From: an uncultured Syntrophaceae bacterium
GTDB taxonomy: Bacteria > Desulfobacterota > Syntrophia > Syntrophales > PHBD01
Length of the DNA: 64,000 nucleotides
NCBI GenBank assembly: GCA_964396205.1
Contig: CAYNEJ010000002.1
Location: 2,631 to 66,630, forward strand
Direction: 5' to 3'
The first letter of the stretch is position 1. Each line of letters begins with the position of its first letter. This document shows positions 17,840-25,299 of this stretch, in pieces. The notes below the pieces were generated by a model, which saw only the letters and a list, made by a program, of their open reading frames with translations, did not search any database and was not told the DNA's origin. The position numbers and the translations under genes are program-made.

Positions 17840-18985
17840 ATGAATGTCCCGAATGAAACATTCGACTTGATTCGTGAAAAACAGGAACTGGATGCTTTTT
17901 TGTCGACATTCATGACCGTGAGTCCGCCTCTGCCCGTGGAAGAAGCAGGGGAATCCGGTCCTGTGCCGTGCATTGCGCCGTCTCCGGCGATATACGAGGA
18001 AAGCGACAAACCCGCTTCGGTCGGAAAAGAGACCTCCCCGGACGGTATGCCGGAGACACCGGTTTCGGTTGCACCGGCCGTTTCTCCGGCAGAGGTCGAA
18101 CCGGTTTCCATTGCGGAACCGGTTGGGGCCGCTGCCCCGGACAGCGGGCGGGAGGAATCGCTCTCCCCGGAAGAGGAGCCGGAACAGCGTCCGGAGCCTC
18201 CACAGAATCAGGCGCCCCCGGTCTTCGCGGAGCTTCTGCCGATCGACCGGCCCGCCGGGGCTCCGGAAAGCCGCAGCGACGTCCCGGAGATGGACCGGAC
18301 CTTGAGGCTTGAGCGAGGAAAGTTGGAGGCCGCCGCCTCCGCCGAAGCGGAGGGAGACGATAAAACGAACAGCGGGGAAGCGGCGAACGGCGTCTCCGTT
18401 TCCGGCAACCGGGCAAAACACCGGCGCCCGTTGCTTCTGTCGGCCCTGCTTCTGTGCCTGGCTCTGGCCCTTCTCCTGCTCGGCTACTCGTGGCTTCGGC
18501 CCTCCAGCGGGCAGGGGGCGGTTCAATGGCTGTCCCTGCATGTTCCTGTTGCCCGTCAATACCTGGAAGTCGGACAACCGCATCCGAATCCCGCGGGCAG
18601 GCAGGTCGGGATTGTCAACCTTCAGCAGCGGCTCGTCAGAAACGAGGTCCTCGGCCGGGAGATCCGGATCATCGAGGGAACGGCGTTCAACCGGGGACAG
18701 GAAAGCATCTCGGGAATCCGAATCAGGGGCGAGCTTTACGATGCCCAGGGCCGGCTTGCCGCCGCGCGGATGTCTTTCTGCGGAAGCATGATGGCCGACG
18801 ATCACCTGCAAACCCTGGGAGAGCAGGAACTCCGCCTGGCGCTTTTGGCTGCACAGGCACCCCCCCAGGCGTACAGCGCGGTTCCACCCGGGGGCCAGAC
18901 GCCGTTCATGATCGTGTTCATCCAGGAGCCGCCGGGGATCGTCCGGGCCATGGTGGAGCCCGTCGGCATGGAAACGGTCCGCTGA
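17840..18985 (+). CDS. single-pass membrane protein with C-terminal DUF3426-like domain
   Basis: Long acidic/Pro-rich N-terminal region and TM helix LLLSALLLCLALALLLLGY. The C-terminal beta-rich region IRIIEGTAFN...IRIRGELYDAQGR...FMIVFIQ is typical of DUF3426. Confidence 0.7.
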   Translation: MNVPNETFDLIREKQELDAFLSTFMTVSPPLPVEEAGESGPVPCIAPSPAIYEESDKPASVGKETSPDGMPETPVSVAPAVSPAEVEPVSIAEPVGAAAPDSGREESLSPEEEPEQRPEPPQNQAPPVFAELLPIDRPAGAPESRSDVPEMDRTLRLERGKLEAAASAEAEGDDKTNSGEAANGVSVSGNRAKHRRPLLLSALLLCLALALLLLGYSWLRPSSGQGAVQWLSLHVPVARQYLEVGQPHPNPAGRQVGIVNLQQRLVRNEVLGREIRIIEGTAFNRGQESISGIRIRGELYDAQGRLAAARMSFCGSMMADDHLQTLGEQELRLALLAAQAPPQAYSAVPPGGQTPFMIVFIQEPPGIVRAMVEPVGMETVR

Positions 18986-19116
18986 CCCTGCGGAGCGAAG
19001 GCGTTTCTGCGTGCCCGGTGGATGCGGCTCCGGTTTCCTGTTGTGCGGATCTATCGATGTTCGTCCCTCCCGCCCGAGACCATCTTCCTGCGGGTTTTCC
19101 GCTTCCGGTCCTGATC

Positions 19117-21429
19117 ATGCAAGAAGCAAATCATTCTGAAAAATCAAACCATTCCAGCGAAATCAACGAACTGGAAGAGATTCTCCGCCTCCAGAACGAG
19201 CTTCAGGACATCACCAACGAGATTTATGCCGCCCAGGGCCTGGCGCAGATATTCACCGACTGCAGCAGAAGGATCGTGAATCTTTTCCGGGTCGAAGCGG
19301 TGAATATCTATGCCGTCGACAAGCAGCGGAGGGAAATCTATACCATCATCAAGGCGGGACACCTGTTCCGGGAGCAGCGGATGGCCATCAACAACCGGTC
19401 GATTCCCGGTTATGTCGCCGATAACGGCTTTGCGATCAACATCGCCGACATTCACGACCAGGCCGAGATGAAAAGCCGCTGCAAGGGACTGGACCTCGCC
19501 GGCGACCGGGATGCCCGTTCAAACACCCGTCTCAGGCAGGTCATGGCCATGCCCATTATCCATGAGGGTGAGGTCATCGGCGTCATCGAGGTGATCAACA
19601 GGCCGGGACGGGAAGGAAGATTCGTCGAGGAAGAACCGGTTTTGCTGCAGGAGATCTCGGAAGTCCTCGCCATCGCGTTCTCCAATCACAACCGGTATGC
19701 CGGCCGGCGGAAAACGCGTTTCGATTCCCTCATCCGGAAAGGGTTCCTGAAGGAAGAGGACCTCGATCAAGCCCTGGAGGAGGCCCGGGAAAAGAAAGAG
19801 ACCATGGAAGACTTCCTGATGAGAAAATTCGGCATCTCGAAGGAAGATCTCGGCCAATCGCTGGAAGAGTTTTACCGGTGCAGATTCTTCCAGTTCAGCG
19901 ACAAAATCCCCATTCCCGCGGAACTCCTGGTCCGGCTCAACAAGGAATACCTGCATCGGGAGCTCTGGGTGCCCATCGAGAAATCCGACGGCCGGATTCA
20001 TATCCTGGTCAGCGATCCCGATAACATCATCAAGCGGGACATGATCGAAAATCTCCTGAAAACGAAGGATATCCGGTACGATGTCGCCCTTCCGGAGGAC
20101 ATCTCCAGGTTCATCGATTATTTCTACCAGTCCCATGGGGATGAAACGTCCATCTCGGACATCATCGGCAGGCTGGAAAACCCCGAGGAGGGCGAGGAGG
20201 AAGGCGAGGAAGAGGCCGTTACGGAATCGGACAGCGCGATCATGCTGCTCGTCAACAAGATCATCAACGATGCGGTCGGCAGGCGGGCGTCCGATATTCA
20301 CATCGAACCCAATATCGGCCGGAGGAACGTGGAGGTCCGCTTCCGCATCGACGGCGACTGCTCCGTATACCAGACCGTGCCCTTCAGCTATCGGGCCGCT
20401 CTTGTCTCGCGGATCAAGATCATGTCCAACCTGGACATCACCGTGAAGCGGATCCCCCAGGACGGGAAGATCAAGTTTCGCCGGAATGGAAGCGATGAGA
20501 TCGAGCTGCGCGTGGCGACGCTGCCGACCCAGGGGGGAGTCGAGGACGTCGTGATGCGGCTTCTCGCCAAGGGGGAAACGCTGCCCTTGGAAGCCATGGG
20601 CATGCTGGACCGGAATTATGAGGAACTCCTCAAGGTCTGCGAAAAGCCGTACGGCATGATCCTCGTGGTCGGGCCGACGGGCTCGGGGAAAACGACCACT
20701 CTCCACGCGGCCCTTCGTCATATCAACACCCCGGAGAAAAAGATCTGGACGGCGGAGGATCCCGTGGAAATCACCCAGTACGGACTCCGGCAGGTCCAGG
20801 TGCAGCCCAAGATCGGCTTCGACTTTGCAACGGCCATGCGGGCCTTTCTCCGAGCCGATCCGGACGTGATCATGGTGGGGGAAATGCGCGATTTCGAAAC
20901 GGCCAAGACCGGCGTGGAGGCCTCTCTGACGGGTCATCTCGTCTTCAGTACGCTGCACACGAACAGCGCCCCGGAAACCATCATTCGGCTCCTCGACATG
21001 GGCATCGATCCCCTGAACTTCGCCGACGCCCTCCTCGGCGTCCTCGCCCAGAGGCTGGTCCGGACGCTGTGCAAAAACTGCCGCGAACCCTATCATCCCA
21101 GCCGGAAGGAATACGACGAAATGGCGGAGAGTTACGGCAGGGAACGGTTTGAGGAGCTGGCCGTCTCCTACACGAACGACCTGACCCTGTACCGGCCCCG
21201 GGGCTGCGACCTCTGCGACCGGTCAGGATACAAGGGACGCGTGGGCATCCACGAGCTCCTCATCGCCAGCGACGGTGTGAAACGGCTCATCCAGAAAAAC
21301 GAAACCGTCGAGACGCTGCGGGAGAAGGCCATGTCCGAAGGGATGTCCACACTCCTCCAGGACGGCATTCAAAAAGCCCTTCGGGGCATTACCGACTTCC
21401 GGCAGGTCCGGAGGGTCTGCATCAAGTAG
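19117..21429 (+). CDS. GAF domain-containing GspE/PilB-family secretion ATPase
   Basis: ATG 19117 within ORF 18454..21429; the upstream part overlaps the previous gene. The GAF-like N-terminal region is followed by a T2SSE_N-like region. Walker A GPTGSGKTT, Walker B DPDVIMVGEMRD, tetracysteine CKNC...CDLC. Confidence 0.9.
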   Translation: MQEANHSEKSNHSSEINELEEILRLQNELQDITNEIYAAQGLAQIFTDCSRRIVNLFRVEAVNIYAVDKQRREIYTIIKAGHLFREQRMAINNRSIPGYVADNGFAINIADIHDQAEMKSRCKGLDLAGDRDARSNTRLRQVMAMPIIHEGEVIGVIEVINRPGREGRFVEEEPVLLQEISEVLAIAFSNHNRYAGRRKTRFDSLIRKGFLKEEDLDQALEEAREKKETMEDFLMRKFGISKEDLGQSLEEFYRCRFFQFSDKIPIPAELLVRLNKEYLHRELWVPIEKSDGRIHILVSDPDNIIKRDMIENLLKTKDIRYDVALPEDISRFIDYFYQSHGDETSISDIIGRLENPEEGEEEGEEEAVTESDSAIMLLVNKIINDAVGRRASDIHIEPNIGRRNVEVRFRIDGDCSVYQTVPFSYRAALVSRIKIMSNLDITVKRIPQDGKIKFRRNGSDEIELRVATLPTQGGVEDVVMRLLAKGETLPLEAMGMLDRNYEELLKVCEKPYGMILVVGPTGSGKTTTLHAALRHINTPEKKIWTAEDPVEITQYGLRQVQVQPKIGFDFATAMRAFLRADPDVIMVGEMRDFETAKTGVEASLTGHLVFSTLHTNSAPETIIRLLDMGIDPLNFADALLGVLAQRLVRTLCKNCREPYHPSRKEYDEMAESYGRERFEELAVSYTNDLTLYRPRGCDLCDRSGYKGRVGIHELLIASDGVKRLIQKNETVETLREKAMSEGMSTLLQDGIQKALRGITDFRQVRRVCIK

Positions 21430-21627
21430 GGCGCCCGCCGTCCGGCCCGGATCCGCCTTTTCCCACAATTCCCGCTCGCCGCGGGAAATCGGCACCCCCC
21501 TTCTTCCAAAACATTTCCGCTCCCTGTGACCTCACCCCTCCGGCCGCCGCCGGTTCCTTCAACCCGGGTCGTCCCGGCCCCGATCCCGCATCCCCGGTCC
21601 TTTCCGGACCCGGTACCGCTTTTTGCG

Positions 21628-21656
21628 TTGACAAGGCCCCATGGTTCTTTTAATTG
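21628..21656 (+). promoter_or_regulatory. sigma70-like promoter
   Basis: TTGACA, 17 nt, TAATTG, about 80 nt upstream of TTG 21738. Confidence 0.35.
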
Positions 21657-21737
21657 CTAGGCACAGGCCCTCCGCGAGCATCGCCGAAGGAAACTGTCCG
21701 TATGGAACGTCTGCGCTGAGAAAAATGAGGGACCGGC

Positions 21738-22508
21738 TTGCAAAAGAGTGAAATCCGTGCCTCCGACCTGTTTGAGGCCTGTCATATCCTTTTCGGGGAC
21801 CAGACCGACGTCTCCGTTCAATTCCTGAACAATTACCTTCAGTTGTCAGGTTTGAAGGCGGCTTACCGGAAGAGGGCCCGGGAGACCCACCCGGATCGCG
21901 CCCTCTCGCTCGCCGTCGAATCCAGCATTCTCGAGGAGCAGTTCAAGCAGGTCCAGTCCGCCTTCGAGCGGCTTCGCCTCTATCTGGAGAATCCGTCCCG
22001 GTTTCGGCTGATCGAGGGAAATGGGCGCCGTGCAGCTCCCTCCGCGTCGAGGGAAGATGTGCCGCTCAAAAAGAGGGCGGCGCGGATGCAGGACCATGTC
22101 CATACGGGGCCGATCCCCGCGGGCAGGCTTCTCTTCGGGCGATATCTCTATTACTCGGGCCTGATCAGCCACCGGATCCTGATTGACGCGGTGGTATGGC
22201 AGAAGCGGCAGAGACCCCTGCTCGGGATGATCGCCTGCCGGTGGGGCTGGCTCTCCCGGGGAGATGTCCTGGATATCCTGAAGCAATGCCGGGCCAGAGA
22301 GCGTTTCGGTGAATGCGCCGTCCGCCTCGGGTATATGGACGTCAGGCAGCTGCATCGCCTGACGACGTGGCAGAAGATGCTGCAGCCCCGATTCGGGGAT
22401 TTCTTCGTCTCCAGGGGGATCTTGACGGCCGGGCAGATTGACTGCCTGGCAAAGGATCACCGGCTGCACAACTGGACCGGTCGAAGAACCCCGAGAAAGC
22501 GTTCGTGA
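21738..22508 (+). CDS. J-domain (DnaJ-like) protein with two tandem MshEN-like repeat pairs
   Basis: J-domain YRKRARETHPDRA (HPD motif). The C-terminal half has four 24-residue xLGxxhhxxGhhxxxxLxxxhxxQ-like units spaced 5/4/5 residues apart. Confidence 0.8.
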   Translation: MQKSEIRASDLFEACHILFGDQTDVSVQFLNNYLQLSGLKAAYRKRARETHPDRALSLAVESSILEEQFKQVQSAFERLRLYLENPSRFRLIEGNGRRAAPSASREDVPLKKRAARMQDHVHTGPIPAGRLLFGRYLYYSGLISHRILIDAVVWQKRQRPLLGMIACRWGWLSRGDVLDILKQCRARERFGECAVRLGYMDVRQLHRLTTWQKMLQPRFGDFFVSRGILTAGQIDCLAKDHRLHNWTGRRTPRKRS

Positions 22509-22520
22509 GGCCCCTCTGCG

Positions 22521-23231
22521 ATGGCAACCATGAAACAGCCGGCCATGCCGATTCGTTCTGACTCCCTTCTCCAGGAGCTTCCCATTTTCCGGGGCCTCCC
22601 GGGAGGGGACGTCGCCGAGATCCGGATGATGATGGGCGAGCGGCATTTCCAGCGGAACGAGGTGATCCTTTTCGAAGAGGACACTCCGCGCTTCCTCTAC
22701 GTGATCTACGAGGGGAGAGTGAAGGTGGCGCAGGTCGACGAGGAGGGGCGGGAACACATCCTGGCCGTCCACAAGCGCGGAGATTTCTTCGGTGAGATGG
22801 CCCTCCTGGACGGCAAGACCTCCCCGGCGAGGGTTGTGGCCCTGGAAGAGACGCGTGTGGGCTTCCTCGGACGGACGGATTTCGAGGCCCGTTTTCTGAA
22901 AAATCCCATCGCCGTCCGGCAGATCATCTCCCTGCTCTGCGAGCGGCTCCGTGATTCCTGGTTCATGCTCAAGGTCCTGAATCTGCAGCGGGCGGAAGAC
23001 AGGGTCCGGGCGGTCCTGGGCCACATGGCGAGCCGCTTCGGGTCGAGGGACGCCCGGGGGACGGCGATCCGGCTCCGGATGACCCACAGCGAGCTCGCGG
23101 ATTACGCCTCCCTTTCCCGCGAAACCGTCAGCCGGATCCTCAAGCGTCTGGAGCAGGCCGGGGAGATCTCCTTTCTCGAAAAAAGAAGAATCCTGATCAC
23201 GCCGAGTTTTCAAAAAATCGATTTTGTGTGA
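22521..23231 (+). CDS. Crp/Fnr family transcriptional regulator (CRP-like recognition helix)
   Basis: cNMP-binding fold (FFGEMALLDG) and C-terminal HTH SLSRETVSRILKRL with the R-E-x-x-x-R pattern of E. coli CRP. No FNR-type N-terminal Cys cluster. Confidence 0.9.
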   Translation: MATMKQPAMPIRSDSLLQELPIFRGLPGGDVAEIRMMMGERHFQRNEVILFEEDTPRFLYVIYEGRVKVAQVDEEGREHILAVHKRGDFFGEMALLDGKTSPARVVALEETRVGFLGRTDFEARFLKNPIAVRQIISLLCERLRDSWFMLKVLNLQRAEDRVRAVLGHMASRFGSRDARGTAIRLRMTHSELADYASLSRETVSRILKRLEQAGEISFLEKRRILITPSFQKIDFV

Positions 23232-23242
23232 CCCCCGTCACA
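23227..23242. promoter_or_regulatory. second perfect TGTGA-N6-TCACA palindrome
   Basis: TGTGAcccccgTCACA. It overlaps the stop codon of the Crp/Fnr gene and lies 103 nt upstream of ATG 23345. Confidence 0.5.
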
Positions 23243-23344
23243 TTTATCCCCCGCCACATCTGGCACTCTTCTTCCCGACTTCTCCCGCCGGCCCGCGAAT
23301 CTTCCTCCTGGGCCGGCCTCCTTTCGAACATACGGAGGTGGAAC

Positions 23345-23614
23345 ATGGAATCGATCTGGTCGATAGACGTCGTCGTTCCCTTTTCCAGCGTCCTTGCCGT
23401 CGTGCTGATCAGCACGGCCGGCCTGATCTTCGGCCGTCTGAAGCTGGTCCTGATCGTCCAGTACGGCTTTCTCGTGTACTGGGGGAGACTGTGGGACATC
23501 ACCATCTTCTCGGATTCAGCCTCGTGGCTGAGCGGACCGACGCTGCTGATCACCGGCGTGTTATTCGTCCTGCTGTTCTTTGCCGTCCTCGGGCTGACCG
23601 TTCACCGGGAATGA
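23345..23614 (+). CDS. small membrane protein (3 predicted helices)
   Basis: ATG 23345 after GGAGGTGG. Hydrophobic stretches VVVPFSSVLAVVLISTAGLIF, LVLIVQYGFLVYW and LLITGVLFVLLFFAVLGL. Confidence 0.6.
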   Translation: MESIWSIDVVVPFSSVLAVVLISTAGLIFGRLKLVLIVQYGFLVYWGRLWDITIFSDSASWLSGPTLLITGVLFVLLFFAVLGLTVHRE

Positions 23615-23811
23615 CATCCTGACCTCCTGAACCCGGCCGGCCGGAGCCTCCTTCCTCCCGCCAGGGAACCGGCCGGCCGGTGACCCTCCCTCCCCCTTGC
23701 CGGACCGTCCCTCTGATTCCCCGGAGAAGACCCGAAGGCCGCTCGGGCAAGTTTATCTTGCCCGATCTCCCCGGAAAGGATATCAGGGGAAAACTTTTTC
23801 GGGGGGAGCGC

Positions 23812-24003
23812 ATGAAATACCGCGTTATCCAGTGGGCGACCGGCTTCATGGGCAAAACCTGCCTGCGGGCCGTCATCGATCACCCCGACCTGGAACCGGC
23901 GGGATCGGTCGTCAACGCCATTCCCGAGGTCTGCGCCGCCCCGGCCGGCATCTTTCATTTCCCTCTCTTTGCGCCGTACAGGAAGCGCTTTTCCCGGGCG
24001 TGA
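23812..24003 (+). pseudogene. 5' remnant of a DapB-like/NAD(P)H amine-dehydrogenase-family gene
   Basis: MKYRVIQWATGFMGKTCLRAVIDHPDLE matches the N-terminal Rossmann start of that family. After about 30 codons the ORF becomes unrelated, and it stops at 64 codons instead of about 350. Confidence 0.5.
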
Positions 24004-24071
24004 ACCCCCGCAGCCGCGCGGCAGGCGGGGGAGGGACAGCAGCAGACAAACAAGGATCGAGGAGGTTGGCT

Positions 24072-25157
24072 TTGACGGACGATGTGTATGCCCAATTGGC
24101 AAAAGTGCTCGACACGCTGCCCAACGGTTTTCCCAGGACCGACAGCGGCGTGGAGCTCAGGCTCCTGAAGAGAATCTTCACCCCCGCCCAGGCGGAGCTG
24201 TTCGGCAGGCTGCGCCTGACCTTCGAGACGGTGGAGGAGATCGCAGCCCGGACCGGAATGCCCCTCGAAGGCCTGAAGCAGGCCCTCATGGACATGGCGA
24301 GTCGTGGGCAGATTTTCACGATCAAGCCCGGGGGAATCCGGTACTTCCGGATGCTGCCCTGGGTCTTCGGGATCTACGAGTTTCAGCTCGACAGCATGGA
24401 TAGCGAGTTTGCGGAGCTGAACGAGGCGTATTGGCCCTACCTTACGAAACAGTTTTTTTCCGAGACGCCGCAGCTCATGCAGACCCTCGCCGTGGAGGAG
24501 ACGGTCCCCTCGCCCCAGGAGGCGCTTCCCTATGAGAAGGTGTCGGCGATCATCGAAAAGGGATGCTCGTTCATGGTCAACGAGTGCATCTGCAAGAAGG
24601 AGAAGGGCCTTCTGGGTACCCCGTGCGACAGGCCTCTGCATGTCTGCATGGGCATCGCCCTTGTGCCCGGAGTCTTCGACAAGACCCCCTCAAGCCGCAC
24701 GCTGACGAAGGAAGAAGCCTACGCCCTCCTGAAAATGACGGAGGATGCGGGCCTCGTGCACTTGATCAGCAATGTGCAGCATGGGCATTACTTTATCTGC
24801 AACTGCTGCAAATGCTGCTGCGGGGTGCTCCGCGCCATCAACCAGTTCGGGGTGCCTGCCTCCCAGGTCGTCAATTCCCATTACTACGCCGAAATTGACG
24901 GGGAGCTCTGCACCGGCTGCGGAATCTGCGCGGACAGCCGCTGCCAGGTGGGAGCCGTTGTGGAAGACGGGGACATATACAGGGTGCTCAAGGAGGGGTG
25001 CATCGGCTGCGGGCTCTGTGTCACCGCCTGCCCGGTGGAGGCCGTCCGCCTTGTCCGCAAGGACCCGGACGAGATCGAGACTCCGCCCCTGATCGAGGAG
25101 GCATGGTTCGACGAGCGCGGGCGGCGCCGGGGAGTGGATTTTTCCGCCTACAGGTAG
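24072..25157 (+). CDS. 4Fe-4S dicluster protein with winged-helix-like N-terminus and CNCCxCCC motif
   Basis: TTG 24072 after GGAGG. ICNCCKCCCG, CTGCGICADSRC and CIGCGLCVTACP. Paralog of 55730..57043. Confidence 0.8.
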   Translation: MTDDVYAQLAKVLDTLPNGFPRTDSGVELRLLKRIFTPAQAELFGRLRLTFETVEEIAARTGMPLEGLKQALMDMASRGQIFTIKPGGIRYFRMLPWVFGIYEFQLDSMDSEFAELNEAYWPYLTKQFFSETPQLMQTLAVEETVPSPQEALPYEKVSAIIEKGCSFMVNECICKKEKGLLGTPCDRPLHVCMGIALVPGVFDKTPSSRTLTKEEAYALLKMTEDAGLVHLISNVQHGHYFICNCCKCCCGVLRAINQFGVPASQVVNSHYYAEIDGELCTGCGICADSRCQVGAVVEDGDIYRVLKEGCIGCGLCVTACPVEAVRLVRKDPDEIETPPLIEEAWFDERGRRRGVDFSAYR

Positions 25158-25299
25158 CGGCGCTTCCGGAAAAGGCTCCGCCGGCTGATCCGAGCGGCAG
25201 GGAAGAGGCAATCGGTCAGGCGAACGTTGCATCAGGAAACGAAGGGGGTCACCGGGTGCCCCTTTCGCGGGAACCGATCCCCCGGTGGGAGGTGCAGGA

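Noticed and set aside
18454-19116. N-terminal 221-codon extension of the GspE ORF
   Set aside because: The extension overlaps the DUF3426 gene in another frame and is Pro/Arg/Gly-rich. The recognisable protein starts at ATG 19117.
21469-21487. Hairpin TTCCCGC-tcgcc-GCGGGAA after the GspE stop as a terminator
   Set aside because: There is no U-tract and it lies about 40 nt from the stop. The evidence is too weak to call.
23261-23276. Sigma-54-like element TGGCAC-N5-TTCC downstream of the second CRP-type site
   Set aside because: The -12 element lacks the conserved GC (TTCC instead of TTGC). No enhancer-binding protein gene lies nearby.
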